Below, in pieces: positions 9,374-18,882 of a DNA stretch of 48,079 nt. Origin of the DNA: a virus (lineage: Duplodnaviria > Caudoviricetes). How positions within the stretch are numbered: position 1 is the stretch's first letter; every line of letters starts with the position of its first letter. The position numbers were made by a program, and so were the translations under genes. The notes under the pieces were generated by a model that did not search any database, had not been told where the DNA came from, and was given only the letters and a program-made list of their open reading frames with translations. The stretch spans positions 1 through 48,079 of IMG/VR virus record IMGVR_UViG_3300044970_000959; one strand, written 5' to 3'.

Positions 9374-9457
9374 CTGCGTGGTTCCCGCCTCGCGTTTCTA
9401 GGTTCGATGTAGGCGACGGCAAGAGACCGTCGCTTCCCGAACACAGGAGACGCGCCC

Positions 9458-10834
9458 GTGGCTGTCGAGAAGCTCAAGGCTCTGCTGGACGAACTGGCCT
9501 CTGTCGTTGCCGAGATGGAGGCGATGACCGAGGACGCCCCCGAGGGCGAAGACGCCGCTCCCATGAGTGAGGAGCAGGAGGCGTCTCTCCGCAGCCTTGA
9601 GGCGAAGGCCGACAAGCTCCGCGAGCGGATCGAGTTCGTGCAGCGTGTTCAGGCCAAGGGTCTGGAGCTGCGTTCCGTGCTGGAGCGTGCCGCCCCGGCC
9701 AAGGCCGTTGAGAAGCCCATTACCGAGGAGACCCCCGCCGTGGCTGAGAAGCGTTATTTCGCGATCCCCAAGGCGTCGCACAACCTCCGTGGATTCAAGG
9801 GTCCGAACGCCGAAGAGCGGGCGTACCGTGCTGGTATGTCGCTCAAGGCGACCCTGCTCAACGACGCCGAAGCTCGCCGGTGGTGCGATGACCACGGCGT
9901 CGAGCATCGTGCCCAGGCCGGTGGCATCAACTCGCTCGGCGGCGTGCTGGTGAACGCCGAACTGTCGAGCGAGATCATCCGGCTGGTCGAGGAGTTCGGT
10001 GCGTTCCCGGCGAACGCTCGCAACGTCACGATGAACAGCGACACGCTGCTCGTCGCCCGGCGTACCGGCGGTCTGACCGCTCGGGCGATTGGCGAGAACG
10101 CCGCTCCGACCACGAGCGACGTGACCTTCGACAACATCCAGTTGGTCGCCAAGCTCTGGGGCGTGGACAACCGGGTTCCGATGTCGCTCATGGAAGACTC
10201 GGCGATCAACCTCGCCGACGCCATGGCGGTCGAGGTGGGCCAGGCGTTCGCCGAAGCCTTCGACAATTCCGGGTTCATCGGCACCGGCAACGGGGCTCTG
10301 TACCACGGCACGACCGGCGTGGCCGTGTCGATCATCGACGGCACGCACACCGCGTCGGTCCAGAGTGCGCCCAGCGGGAACAACACCTTCGCGACGCTCG
10401 CTCTGAGCGACTTCACGAACACGGTGGCCCGGCTGCCGCCGTACGCTCGGAACCGGAACGCCAAGTGGTACATCTCGCCGTCTGGCTACGGCTCCTCGAT
10501 GCTCCGTCTGATGATGGCGGCGAGCGGCAACAACCAGGCCGACGTGGCTGCGGGTGCGAACCTCAACTTCCTCGGCTTCCCGGTGGTGCTCGTGCATCCG
10601 ATGGAAAGCCGCCTGACCGGCACCGGCTCGCAGGTCGCGTGCCTGCTCGGCGACCTGTCGCAGGCGGCCACGTTCGCGACGCGGCGTGAGATCCGCGTGG
10701 CGACGGACTCCAGCCGGTTCATCGAGTTCGACCAGCTCCTCACGTTCGCCACGGCTCGCGTTGCCATGGTCGCCCACGACCTCGGCGACAACAGCAAGGC
10801 TGGTCCGATTGTCGCCCTCCGGTTCGCCGCCTGA
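9458..10834 (+). CDS. Major capsid protein (HK97 fold) with N-terminal coiled-coil delta domain
   Basis: GGVLVNAELSSEII, IGEN, LMEDSAINL, GTG, FLGFPV, GDLS; AGGAG RBS. Confidence 0.95.
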   Translation: MAVEKLKALLDELASVVAEMEAMTEDAPEGEDAAPMSEEQEASLRSLEAKADKLRERIEFVQRVQAKGLELRSVLERAAPAKAVEKPITEETPAVAEKRYFAIPKASHNLRGFKGPNAEERAYRAGMSLKATLLNDAEARRWCDDHGVEHRAQAGGINSLGGVLVNAELSSEIIRLVEEFGAFPANARNVTMNSDTLLVARRTGGLTARAIGENAAPTTSDVTFDNIQLVAKLWGVDNRVPMSLMEDSAINLADAMAVEVGQAFAEAFDNSGFIGTGNGALYHGTTGVAVSIIDGTHTASVQSAPSGNNTFATLALSDFTNTVARLPPYARNRNAKWYISPSGYGSSMLRLMMAASGNNQADVAAGANLNFLGFPVVLVHPMESRLTGTGSQVACLLGDLSQAATFATRREIRVATDSSRFIEFDQLLTFATARVAMVAHDLGDNSKAGPIVALRFAA

Positions 10835-10861
10835 CCTTTGACCTTCTAGGAGAAGAATCCA

Positions 10862-11290
10862 GTGAACTTCATCGAGAACACCAAGACGGTTGTCGGTACT
10901 ACCGTCACGTCGGCGGCGGCTACCGCTACCCTGACCATCGACACGCTGGGCTACGCCTACGCCAGTGTGGACGTGATCGTGGCGGTTTCGACTACGCCGG
11001 CGAACACGTCGGCTTCCATCCTGAACGTCTTGACGCTTTCGGGCGGCGAGACGACCACGGCTGGCAGTTCGATCTACACGGTGGCCGCGCCTGCCGCGTC
11101 GGCTGCCGTGACCGCGCAGCCCTCGGTGGTTCGGCTTGACATCGACCTGCGTGGCAAGGGCCGGTACGTCAAGGTTGACGCGACCCCTGCAACGGCGCTC
11201 GCCACGACCATCGTGGCTCGTCTGAGCAAGGGCGAGGTTGGCCCCGACTCGGCTTCCGAGATGGGTGCCCTGGCGAAGTATTCCGGCTGA
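10862..11290 (+). CDS. Capsid decoration/cement protein
   Basis: Follows the MCP; IDTLGY...KGRYVKV pattern. Confidence 0.6.
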   Translation: MNFIENTKTVVGTTVTSAAATATLTIDTLGYAYASVDVIVAVSTTPANTSASILNVLTLSGGETTTAGSSIYTVAAPAASAAVTAQPSVVRLDIDLRGKGRYVKVDATPATALATTIVARLSKGEVGPDSASEMGALAKYSG

Positions 11291-11315
11291 CGCGGCTTGA
11301 CAGCCTCTACACAGT

Positions 11316-11359
11316 AGATGGCGGGAGTGGCGTTTGCCGCTTCCGCCATCTCTGTTTTT
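11316..11359 (+). terminator. Probable intrinsic terminator
   Basis: AGATGGCGGGAGTGGC-gttt-GCCGCTTCCGCCATCT stem followed by ctgttttt. Confidence 0.65.
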
Positions 11360-11368
11360 GAGGACTCA

Positions 11369-12103
11369 ATGATCGTCAAAGTCGGCAGCACGGATGTTGA
11401 CGTGCGGATCGAGTGCGTGATGAGCGGCCCGCGATTCGGCCCGCTTGCGAACGTGTTCGGCTGGGCTCAAGCCCTCATGCCGCTCGGCATCCGCCCGACG
11501 CTCGGGCAGGGGGCGCTCTGGGGACAGGTGCTTCAGCGGTCGATGGAGCAGTTCGTCGACTCGACTGAATACATCCTCACGACCGACATGGATTCGTTCT
11601 GGGGGCACCGCGAGGTTTCCGAGCTTGTCGCCCTCGCGATGGCGTTTCAGTGCGACGCCCTGGCCCCGCTCCAGGTGAAGCGTGAGGACGGCCGCCCGAT
11701 GTTCACGCTGCCCGGCACGCTGGAGAAGCCTCCGGCTGGCGGGGCGACGGAGTTGCCCATGTCGTGGTTTGCCGAGCCCGTGCAGGAGGTGGACTCGGCC
11801 CACTTCGGCTGCACGCTGATTTCCACGAAGGCACTCAAGCGGACGCCGAAACCGTGGTTCCAAGACCATCCGAACGCCGCTGGCGAGTACGGGGACGGAA
11901 GGACCGACGCCGACATCTTCTTCTGGAAGCAATTCAAGCGTGGCGGCAACCGCCTCTACGTCTCGCCTCGCGTGTCCATCGGGCACGGCGAATGGGTGGC
12001 GGTCTGGCCGGGCAAAGACCTGCAAGCCCCGGTGTTTCAATACGTGGGCGATTACAACGCCAACGGGCGTCCGAAAACTGCATGGAGTGTGACCAAATCG
12101 TGA
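11369..12103 (+). CDS. Glycosyltransferase-like (GT-A) protein in head module
   Basis: EYILTTDMD (DxD), EVDSAHFGCTLI..KPWF, DIFFW, VSIGH. Confidence 0.7.
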   Translation: MIVKVGSTDVDVRIECVMSGPRFGPLANVFGWAQALMPLGIRPTLGQGALWGQVLQRSMEQFVDSTEYILTTDMDSFWGHREVSELVALAMAFQCDALAPLQVKREDGRPMFTLPGTLEKPPAGGATELPMSWFAEPVQEVDSAHFGCTLISTKALKRTPKPWFQDHPNAAGEYGDGRTDADIFFWKQFKRGGNRLYVSPRVSIGHGEWVAVWPGKDLQAPVFQYVGDYNANGRPKTAWSVTKS

Positions 12104-12342
12104 AAATCAAACTAGCGACGAACTACTCGACCTACACGGTCGGCACGGTGATTGACTGCGAAGACGAGACGGCACAGCGGCTCATCCGTGATGGCATCGC
12201 CGTCCGCGAGCAGCAAATGGACCTGATCGAGACGGCATCGGTCGATCACGACGTTGAGCGGGCCGACGCCACACCACGAAGACGAGGACGGCCCCCGCGT
12301 GCGATACAGAAGCCTGACCACACTGACGCCGCCAGCGGTTGA
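12100..12342 (+). CDS. Small head-associated protein
   Basis: GTGA coupling; AQRLIRDGIA...RRRGRPP pattern common before head-tail connectors. Confidence 0.65.
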   Translation: MKIKLATNYSTYTVGTVIDCEDETAQRLIRDGIAVREQQMDLIETASVDHDVERADATPRRRGRPPRAIQKPDHTDAASG

Positions 12343-12895
12343 GCCCGTCACGCTCGCCGAGGCCAAGGCTCACTGCCGCGTTGACACGAACACCGACGAT
12401 GCCTTGATCCAGGCATACATCACGGCGGCTCGTGAGTGGTGCGAGGCGTACTGTGACGAGACCCTCGTGCATACGCAGTACCGCATGACGCTCGATGCGT
12501 TCCCGGGCGAGATCGAGTTGCCGCGTCCGCCGATGGCTTCGTCTGGCACGGCCACGACGGTGAGCGTTACCTACACGCTGGAGAACCAATCGACGGCGGT
12601 GCTTTCGACCACGGCCTACCGCGTGGATCGGGCTTCGATGCCTGGCGTGCTGCGGACGCCCTACAACGGCTCCTGGCCCAGCCATCTCCTCGACTACAAC
12701 GCCGTGACCGTGACGTGGTGGGGCGGCAAGAGCGCAGACGGCTCGGGCGTGGAACAGCGGTTCAAGAACGCGATTCTGTGGCTGGTGGGCATGTGGTATG
12801 AGCGGCGGATGGCTGCTGACGCCGTGAGCCTGTCGGAGATTCCGTTCGGCGTGAAAGCGTTGCTCGATTCGGCGAAGTGGGGGTCTTACCGATGA
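12299..12895 (+). CDS. Head-tail connector (gp6/gp15-like)
   Basis: EPVTLAEAKAHCRVD..DDALI..YITAAREWCE; AILWLVGMWYERR. Confidence 0.9.
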   Translation: MRYRSLTTLTPPAVEPVTLAEAKAHCRVDTNTDDALIQAYITAAREWCEAYCDETLVHTQYRMTLDAFPGEIELPRPPMASSGTATTVSVTYTLENQSTAVLSTTAYRVDRASMPGVLRTPYNGSWPSHLLDYNAVTVTWWGGKSADGSGVEQRFKNAILWLVGMWYERRMAADAVSLSEIPFGVKALLDSAKWGSYR

Positions 12896-13320
12896 GCGAC
12901 ATCAAGGGGCGATTCGGCATCGACGTGCTGTTCACCGATTCGACCGTGGCTGGCGGGGCGAAGTCGCTGAAAACGATCACGCTCCAGCACGCCACGGAAT
13001 ATGACGTCGGAAAAGTGGCTGTCGTGTCTGGCACCTGCGGCACGGCGGTCGTGAGCGTGCCGGTCGCCCCGACTACCTATCGCAATGCGGCTGGCAACCT
13101 CGTCTCGTTTGCGAGTGTCTCGCGGGTGGCGTTCTCTGCGAGCGGAGCCCAGATGGTCGCGTGCGACGGCTCGGGCGGCTGCGGCGACAACGATTGGACG
13201 ATCTATTCGCGGGCTGGGCAGGTGGCCGTGTCGGAGGCGGTCGAGACGGCTTCGTTTTCGGTCAACGTGATGGGCACGGCTGGCACGGCGGCGTACACGC
13301 TGGTGATGTATGGCTCTTGA
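12892..13320 (+). CDS. Hypothetical structural protein
   Basis: Coupled ORF in the neck region, beta-rich. Confidence 0.6.
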   Translation: MSDIKGRFGIDVLFTDSTVAGGAKSLKTITLQHATEYDVGKVAVVSGTCGTAVVSVPVAPTTYRNAAGNLVSFASVSRVAFSASGAQMVACDGSGGCGDNDWTIYSRAGQVAVSEAVETASFSVNVMGTAGTAAYTLVMYGS

Positions 13321-13633
13321 TCCCGGTCGGCTCCGCGAGCGGGTGACGATTCAATCCGCGACCGAGCGGCGAAACTCGCTGGGCGAAACAACCCTGGAGT
13401 GGGCCACGTTCGCCGAGCGGTGGGCGAGCGTCGAGGGTCTTTCGTCCCGCGAGCTGCTGTTGTCGGGGCAGCAGCAAACGGAACTCACGCACCGCGTGCG
13501 GCTGCGGTACGTCACCGGGCTGACTCAATCCATGCGGATTTCGTGGCGTGGTCGGCTGCTGGAGATCACGACGCTCCTCGAGCATGGCAACCGCAGCGAG
13601 CATGAGATTCTTTGCACGGAGCGGGTGGACTGA
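13310..13633 (+). CDS. Head closure / head-tail adaptor (SPP1 gp16-like)
   Basis: GRLRERVTIQ...WASVEGLSSRE...THRVRLRY...MRI. Confidence 0.9.
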   Translation: MALDPGRLRERVTIQSATERRNSLGETTLEWATFAERWASVEGLSSRELLLSGQQQTELTHRVRLRYVTGLTQSMRISWRGRLLEITTLLEHGNRSEHEILCTERVD

Positions 13634-14466
13634 TGGCAACCGCTGGCATCGAAATCACCGCCGAGATGGCCGAACTGCGGGAACTGCAACAGGCGATCGG
13701 CCGGCTGTTCACGAACGAGCAAAAGGCCCGCATCTTGAAGGCGGCACTGGAGAAGGCAATCGAGCCCGCGTACCAGCGGCTCCAGCAACTCACGCCCATC
13801 GGCCCGACAGGGAACCTGCGGCGGGCGGTATCGAAGAAGGTGAAGGCCTACACGAAGGACGGGACTGCCGTGGGGCTCGTCGGCTTCCGCCGGGCCGGGC
13901 AGGAGCGTTCGGAGAGTGCGGCCGGCGGCAGAGTTCAGGCTGGCCCCGACCGGGCATTTCACCAGTGGTGGCTTGAAGAGGGGACGAAAGATCGCGTCAT
14001 CAAGGCTCCGTCGCCGCCGAAGTCATACAACCGCCCAGGATTCACCCGCCCTGGTTTTGAGCGAAAGGCGTACACGATGACCCGCAAGGGCAAGACGTTC
14101 CGCGTCTCGCCCACTAGCGTTCGTGGGCACGCCGTGACCAGCCACGTGGTCAACGACCCCAACTCCTACTACTACGCGAGCAGCTTCAATTCGCTCGGGC
14201 CGTTCAAGATCCAAAAGTTCCGCAACGGCGAAAAGGGTTTCATCACCGACCCAGGCTACCCGAATGCTTTCTTTCGGAAGTCGCGGTCGCCGATCACGAT
14301 CACCGCGATGCGTCCAGGCGGGAGCAGCGGCCCGCCGCCGCTCAAGACCGCCTGGGATCAAACCCAGCCGACCGTAGCGGAAATCCTCCAGCGGGAACTG
14401 CGGCTGTCGCTGGAGCAGGCGGTCAGCACCCTGGCCCGGTCGGCGTCGGAGGTAATCGGCGAATGA
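13633..14466 (+). CDS. HK97 gp10-like tail component with basic insertion
   Basis: TPIGPTGNLRRAV, WWLEEGT, PPLKTAW. Confidence 0.75.
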   Translation: MATAGIEITAEMAELRELQQAIGRLFTNEQKARILKAALEKAIEPAYQRLQQLTPIGPTGNLRRAVSKKVKAYTKDGTAVGLVGFRRAGQERSESAAGGRVQAGPDRAFHQWWLEEGTKDRVIKAPSPPKSYNRPGFTRPGFERKAYTMTRKGKTFRVSPTSVRGHAVTSHVVNDPNSYYYASSFNSLGPFKIQKFRNGEKGFITDPGYPNAFFRKSRSPITITAMRPGGSSGPPPLKTAWDQTQPTVAEILQRELRLSLEQAVSTLARSASEVIGE

Positions 14467-14882
14467 GCGTCAAATCCCCCGAGCGGCTGATTGCCGCAGC
14501 CCTGGCATCCTCGCCCCTGGTGGCCGAACTGATCGGCGACCGGGTCTATCCGGTGATTGCCCCGGCGTCTGCGGCGATTCCGTTTGTGACCTGGCGGCGG
14601 CAGGGAGTGCAGCGGGAGGCGACGCTTTCCGGCCCGTCTGGCGTCGCCAACGTGACCCTAGCGGTCGATATGTACGACACGACCTACGAGGGAGTAAGAG
14701 AACTGGCAGACCGCTGCCGGGAAACACTGGATGGTTTCGGGGGGGCGTTGGGAAACTGGATTTCAGTTCGCAACGTGTCGCTGCTCAACGAGAGCGACGG
14801 GTTCGTACAACTGGCCGGCGGCGACCTGCCGCCCGTCTACAGCGTGACGCAGACCTACACCATTCTCTGGCAGGAGACTTGA
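14463..14882 (+). CDS. Tail terminator (DUF3168/gp17-like)
   Basis: LIGDRVYPVIAP..IPFVTW; position in neck. Confidence 0.8.
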   Translation: MSVKSPERLIAAALASSPLVAELIGDRVYPVIAPASAAIPFVTWRRQGVQREATLSGPSGVANVTLAVDMYDTTYEGVRELADRCRETLDGFGGALGNWISVRNVSLLNESDGFVQLAGGDLPPVYSVTQTYTILWQET

Positions 14883-14885
14883 CCA

Positions 14886-15317
14886 GTGTCATTCTCGACT
14901 CCGCACGATACCGCAGTTGCTGGTTCTGGAACGCGGCTCACGCTGTCGATTGGCCCCGCCACCTCGACCTACATCGTCAGCAACATCGTCCTTGCGAACA
15001 CGGACCCCGGTGCGGCGGCCAACACGCAGATCGACGTTGCCCATCTCGGGCAGACCACGGGCGAACTGGCGGCTCGTCTCAATCCTCCGCTCGTGCTGCC
15101 CGCTGAAGACGGCGGCTCGGGTCGGCAGGTGACGTTCGACTACATCGGGCGAACGGTTTTGTTCGACGGCACGACCGGCACCTACCACATCCAAGTGGCC
15201 GGTTCGACGCTGGTCGGTGGCACCACGGCGAGCTATTACACCGTGCAGAGTTCGACGCTGACGCTGGCGACGAACGACGCCATCCGTGGGCAGGGCGTCC
15301 TTACGGTCGCCCGCTAA
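14886..15317 (+). CDS. Major tail tube protein
   Basis: Position; IDVAHL, VTFDYIG, TLATNDAIRGQGVL. Confidence 0.7.
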   Translation: MSFSTPHDTAVAGSGTRLTLSIGPATSTYIVSNIVLANTDPGAAANTQIDVAHLGQTTGELAARLNPPLVLPAEDGGSGRQVTFDYIGRTVLFDGTTGTYHIQVAGSTLVGGTTASYYTVQSSTLTLATNDAIRGQGVLTVAR

Positions 15318-15335
15318 TCACGACGGGAGGCCGTC

Positions 15336-15707
15336 GTGGCGATTCCATGCCAAGGTTTCACGCTGACCTGGGGAGGCCAGACGCTCTCCGAGGTCCAGGC
15401 TCTTGAAGCCGACATCTACGGCGGGGAACTGCCCCGAGGCCGCACGACCACATGGACGCCCAACATGGGCACCGTGCGGCTGCTCGGGTTCGCGGCGACG
15501 AATCTCACGACCGCCGAGTACGGAAAGCGGAAGCGGCTGACGATCCTCGCTCCCAATGGGACGGCGAGCAACGCCAGCGTTACCACGCTGTTTGACAGCG
15601 ATTGCATCTACAGCGGGATGCGGATCGACGCCGCCGCAAATAGTGCCGTTCGACTTGCGTTCACTTTTAGGATTCAAGACACGCTCAACGCACCGAGCAA
15701 TCCTTAG
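15336..15707 (+). CDS. Second tail-tube-like protein
   Basis: QGFTLTWGG..LSEV; AAANSAVRLAFTFRI C-terminus resembles tube proteins. Confidence 0.55.
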   Translation: MAIPCQGFTLTWGGQTLSEVQALEADIYGGELPRGRTTTWTPNMGTVRLLGFAATNLTTAEYGKRKRLTILAPNGTASNASVTTLFDSDCIYSGMRIDAAANSAVRLAFTFRIQDTLNAPSNP

Positions 15708-15720
15708 GAGTACGCGACAC

Positions 15721-16065
15721 ATGGCACTGACGGCAGAGCAGATCCTTTCCGCCGACGATATGGGGCTGAAAAAGGTTCACGTCCCCGAGTGGGGCGGCGA
15801 CGTGTTTATCCGCGTGATGAGCGTGGGCGAGCGGGACGCCTACGAGCGGAAGTGGATCGGCAAGAAGGAAACCGGCATCGACAACTTCCGCACGCAGTAC
15901 CTCGCGGGCGTGCTGTGCGACGAAGGCGGCAAGCTCCTGTTCACCCGAGACCAGATCGACGCTCTCGCCCAGAAGAGCGGCGCGGTCATGGGGCGGCTGT
16001 TCGACGAAGCGATGAAACACAATCGGATGACTGAGGAGGATGTGCAGGAGTTGGGAAAAGGCTGA
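15721..16065 (+). CDS. Tail assembly chaperone (gpG-like)
   Basis: VHVPEWGGDVFIRVMSVGERDAYE; ends ELGKG. Confidence 0.88.
   Translation: MALTAEQILSADDMGLKKVHVPEWGGDVFIRVMSVGERDAYERKWIGKKETGIDNFRTQYLAGVLCDEGGKLLFTRDQIDALAQKSGAVMGRLFDEAMKHNRMTEEDVQELGKG
16053..16059 (+). other. -1 programmed frameshift slippery site GGGAAAA
   Basis: G GGA AAA just before the chaperone stop; the -1 frame reads RLNASPTRRYMFAVARDL into the next ORF. Confidence 0.88.
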
Positions 16066-16391
16066 ACGCAAGCCCGACGCGGCGGTACATGTTTGCCGTC
16101 GCTCGGGACTTGCGGATGACGGTTCGTGAGTTGGGCACGCGGATGGATTCCGCCGAGTTCAGCGAATGGATCGCCTACAACCGCTACTACTCCGCATTGC
16201 CGGATTCGTGGCGGGAGACGGCGTTGATCGTCACGGCCCTCCTGGCTCCGCACATCGGGAAGAACCAGAAACGCCCCAAGCCCGAAGACTTCGTGCCGGT
16301 GGAGAAGCCTCCGCATCACGAGTCGCAGGACTTGTCGGCGTTGCTGGAGTTGCGACGGCAGTTTGGTCTAGGCGACATCGACGATGGCTAA
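16059..16391 (+). CDS. Frameshift extension of tail chaperone (gpT-like)
   Basis: LRMTVRELGTRMDSAEFSEWIAY; lies before the TMP. Confidence 0.85.
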   Translation, partial: RLNASPTRRYMFAVARDLRMTVRELGTRMDSAEFSEWIAYNRYYSALPDSWRETALIVTALLAPHIGKNQKRPKPEDFVPVEKPPHHESQDLSALLELRRQFGLGDIDDG

Positions 16392-18882
16392 TGTCCTCTC
16401 ACTGGCGTTGCGGGTAACGGCTGACGCCAGCGGGCTCAAGCTCGATCCAGTGCAGCGTGCGCTCGTCGGGCTGGGCGACCAGGCCGAGAAGTTGACCAAG
16501 CAGTTCGAGCAGTTCACCGGCGGCAGCGAGGCGGCAGCGAGGGCGCAGGCCAACTTCGACAAGCAGGCTCAAGACCTCATCAACACGCTCCGCGATGGCG
16601 GCAGTGCGACTGAGTTCGCGGCTGGGTTTGAGCGGCTGACCGAGGCGGTGACGAAAGAGGCGGCGGCGTTTGAGCGTGCGGCCCGCATCACCGAGGCGAA
16701 TATCACGCCGCTGCAAAAGTTTGAGCGGGCGCAGGCTGAATTGACCGAGCAGGTGGAAGCAGGCAGGATCAGCCAAGACACCTACGAGCGGGCTCTTGCC
16801 AAGGCCAAGGCCCAACTCGACGGCACCGCTACCAGTGCCAGCAAAACCGACAAGAACATCGAATCGCTGACGAAGAACGTCCGCGTTCTGTCTGCCATTG
16901 AGATCGGCCGGGCGATCATCGACGGGCTGCAGGCAATCGGCAACGTCATCTCTGGCGTCGTGAATCGCGTCGCGCAGTTTGTGTCGAGTGTCGCATCGTC
17001 ATTTGACTCGTTCAATGACTTGTCGGCTCGCACCGGCATCGGCGTCGAGGCGCTCCAGGGCTACTCGCTGGCGGCGAAACTCGCTGGCGTGGACACCGAG
17101 GCTTTCGGTACGGCGGTTCAAAAACTCGCCGTCAACATCGGCAAGGCAACGCCGGGGGACGCACTCGACAAGTCGCTGCGGAACATCAACCTTTCGGTGG
17201 CCCAGCTTCGCGGGCTGGCCCCGGAGCAGCAGTTCTCGACCATCGCGGAGTCCATTGCGGGGCTTCCGACTGCGGCTGACCGTGCTGCCGCAGCGGTCGC
17301 CGTGTTCGGCAAGCAGGGGGCTGCCCTGGCTCCGTTGTTCCGCGAGGGGGCGGCGAGCATTGACGAGTTGCGCGTCGAGGCCAAGCAGCTAGGGGCAATC
17401 GTCAGCGACCAGCAAATCTCGAACATTGGTGAAATGAATGATGCCTTTGATAAGGTGCGATTTACCATCGCAGGCATAATTGGCCAGGTAATCGGGAACT
17501 TAGCTCCGGCGGTCACGGCCGTCACTGATGCAATCATTGAGTACATAAAGGTCTGGGAAGGCACTAGCACTCAAGGCACAGGCGGCACAGGTATCGCCAA
17601 TGCTATCACGGAGGTATTGCTGAACGGAGCCGAAACGCTTGCGGGCGTTTTCGATAGTTTCGTCGGCAACTTCTCTGGATTTACCGTGACGCTTGAGGAG
17701 ACTGGTGCCGTTTTCAAGTTCATCGGCAACCTGCTGGTGGGCATCAGCGAAGGGCTCCGCGTCGTGTTCAACACGTTCGAGCGGGTCGGCAACCTCCTCA
17801 TCATCGGTCTTGGGAAGATTTTAGAAGGGCTCGGGAGTTGGGTCAGCTCCGACATGGAGCAGTTGGGCAAAGACCTGCAGGCAACCGGGCGTGCGCAGTT
17901 CGAACAGAACGGCAAGGAACTGGAGCAGGCCGCGAAGAACGCCGCCGACGCGTTGGAGCGAGCCTTTACGGGTGGCGACTCCTCGCTGGAAGCCGCCGGC
18001 GAAGGTGCTGCGACCAAGGTCATTAAAGGTGCACGCCAGAAGTTTGAACAGTCACAGGCTCCCGAGTTCAAGATCAACACCAACATCGAGCAAACACGCG
18101 ACCGGTTCGACTCGTTCTTCAATGGCATCGTTGACCAGAGCAGTGCCATCGTCGCGCCGATGCGGGAGTTTGAGGCGGCTATCGCCGCTGCCCAGGAAGA
18201 CGGGCAGATGACGGCGGACGAAATCGCACGCATCGAACAACTCCAGGCCAAGGTCAATTCCGCCATCGACCAAGAACTCGCGGCACGGCAGGAGGCTGCC
18301 GAGGCTGCGGCGAAGCAGGCGGAGGAAGTTGACAAGATCGTCGCCGCCAGCCTGGAACAGATCCGCATTGACGAGCAGTTCGGCGGCGACTCCAGCCGGG
18401 CTAAGGCCGCCGACAACCTGCTGAAGATTCAGCAGGAGATCGTGCGGGTCGAGGAGCAACTGCGAGCCGCACGTGCCGTTAGCGACACAGAGTCGGTCAA
18501 TGCCCTGACGTCACGTCTGGCGACGCTGGATCAGGTGCAGTCGCGTGAGAGAGACATCGCCAGCGGCAAGGCACGGAAAGATAAAGAAAACGCCGAGACG
18601 CTCAAGAAACTGAACGAAGACATTGCCAAGCGGCAAGAGTCTCTACTGGACAAGCAATTCGAAGTCGAACTCGCCCGCGTCGAAGAACTCGCCAACGTCC
18701 GCACCGGCTCCGTCGAAATCAACGACCTCCGCTCGGGTGGCATCTCCGCGTTTTTTGACACCTTGCAGGAAGACCCCGCCATCGCGGAGGCCAAGAAGCA
18801 AACGAAGGAACTGGAGAAGGTGCGGAAAGAAATCGAGAAGCTCCAGGCCGAGAAGGTTGACATCCTCGCGGGGACTGGCTGA
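16384..18882 (+). CDS. Tape measure protein
   Basis: 832 aa, Ala-rich helical protein following the chaperone pair. Confidence 0.92.
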   Translation: MANVLSLALRVTADASGLKLDPVQRALVGLGDQAEKLTKQFEQFTGGSEAAARAQANFDKQAQDLINTLRDGGSATEFAAGFERLTEAVTKEAAAFERAARITEANITPLQKFERAQAELTEQVEAGRISQDTYERALAKAKAQLDGTATSASKTDKNIESLTKNVRVLSAIEIGRAIIDGLQAIGNVISGVVNRVAQFVSSVASSFDSFNDLSARTGIGVEALQGYSLAAKLAGVDTEAFGTAVQKLAVNIGKATPGDALDKSLRNINLSVAQLRGLAPEQQFSTIAESIAGLPTAADRAAAAVAVFGKQGAALAPLFREGAASIDELRVEAKQLGAIVSDQQISNIGEMNDAFDKVRFTIAGIIGQVIGNLAPAVTAVTDAIIEYIKVWEGTSTQGTGGTGIANAITEVLLNGAETLAGVFDSFVGNFSGFTVTLEETGAVFKFIGNLLVGISEGLRVVFNTFERVGNLLIIGLGKILEGLGSWVSSDMEQLGKDLQATGRAQFEQNGKELEQAAKNAADALERAFTGGDSSLEAAGEGAATKVIKGARQKFEQSQAPEFKINTNIEQTRDRFDSFFNGIVDQSSAIVAPMREFEAAIAAAQEDGQMTADEIARIEQLQAKVNSAIDQELAARQEAAEAAAKQAEEVDKIVAASLEQIRIDEQFGGDSSRAKAADNLLKIQQEIVRVEEQLRAARAVSDTESVNALTSRLATLDQVQSRERDIASGKARKDKENAETLKKLNEDIAKRQESLLDKQFEVELARVEELANVRTGSVEINDLRSGGISAFFDTLQEDPAIAEAKKQTKELEKVRKEIEKLQAEKVDILAGTG

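Noticed and set aside
5889-10777. Long antisense ORFs (5889-7391, 9398-10777; also 1080-2171, 39002-40156)
   Set aside because: Shadow frames of GC-rich genes with no motifs or RBS
11297-11320. Sigma70 promoter TTGACA...TAGATG
   Set aside because: Spacer is only 12 nt; reinterpreted as the GCTTGACA-N7 motif
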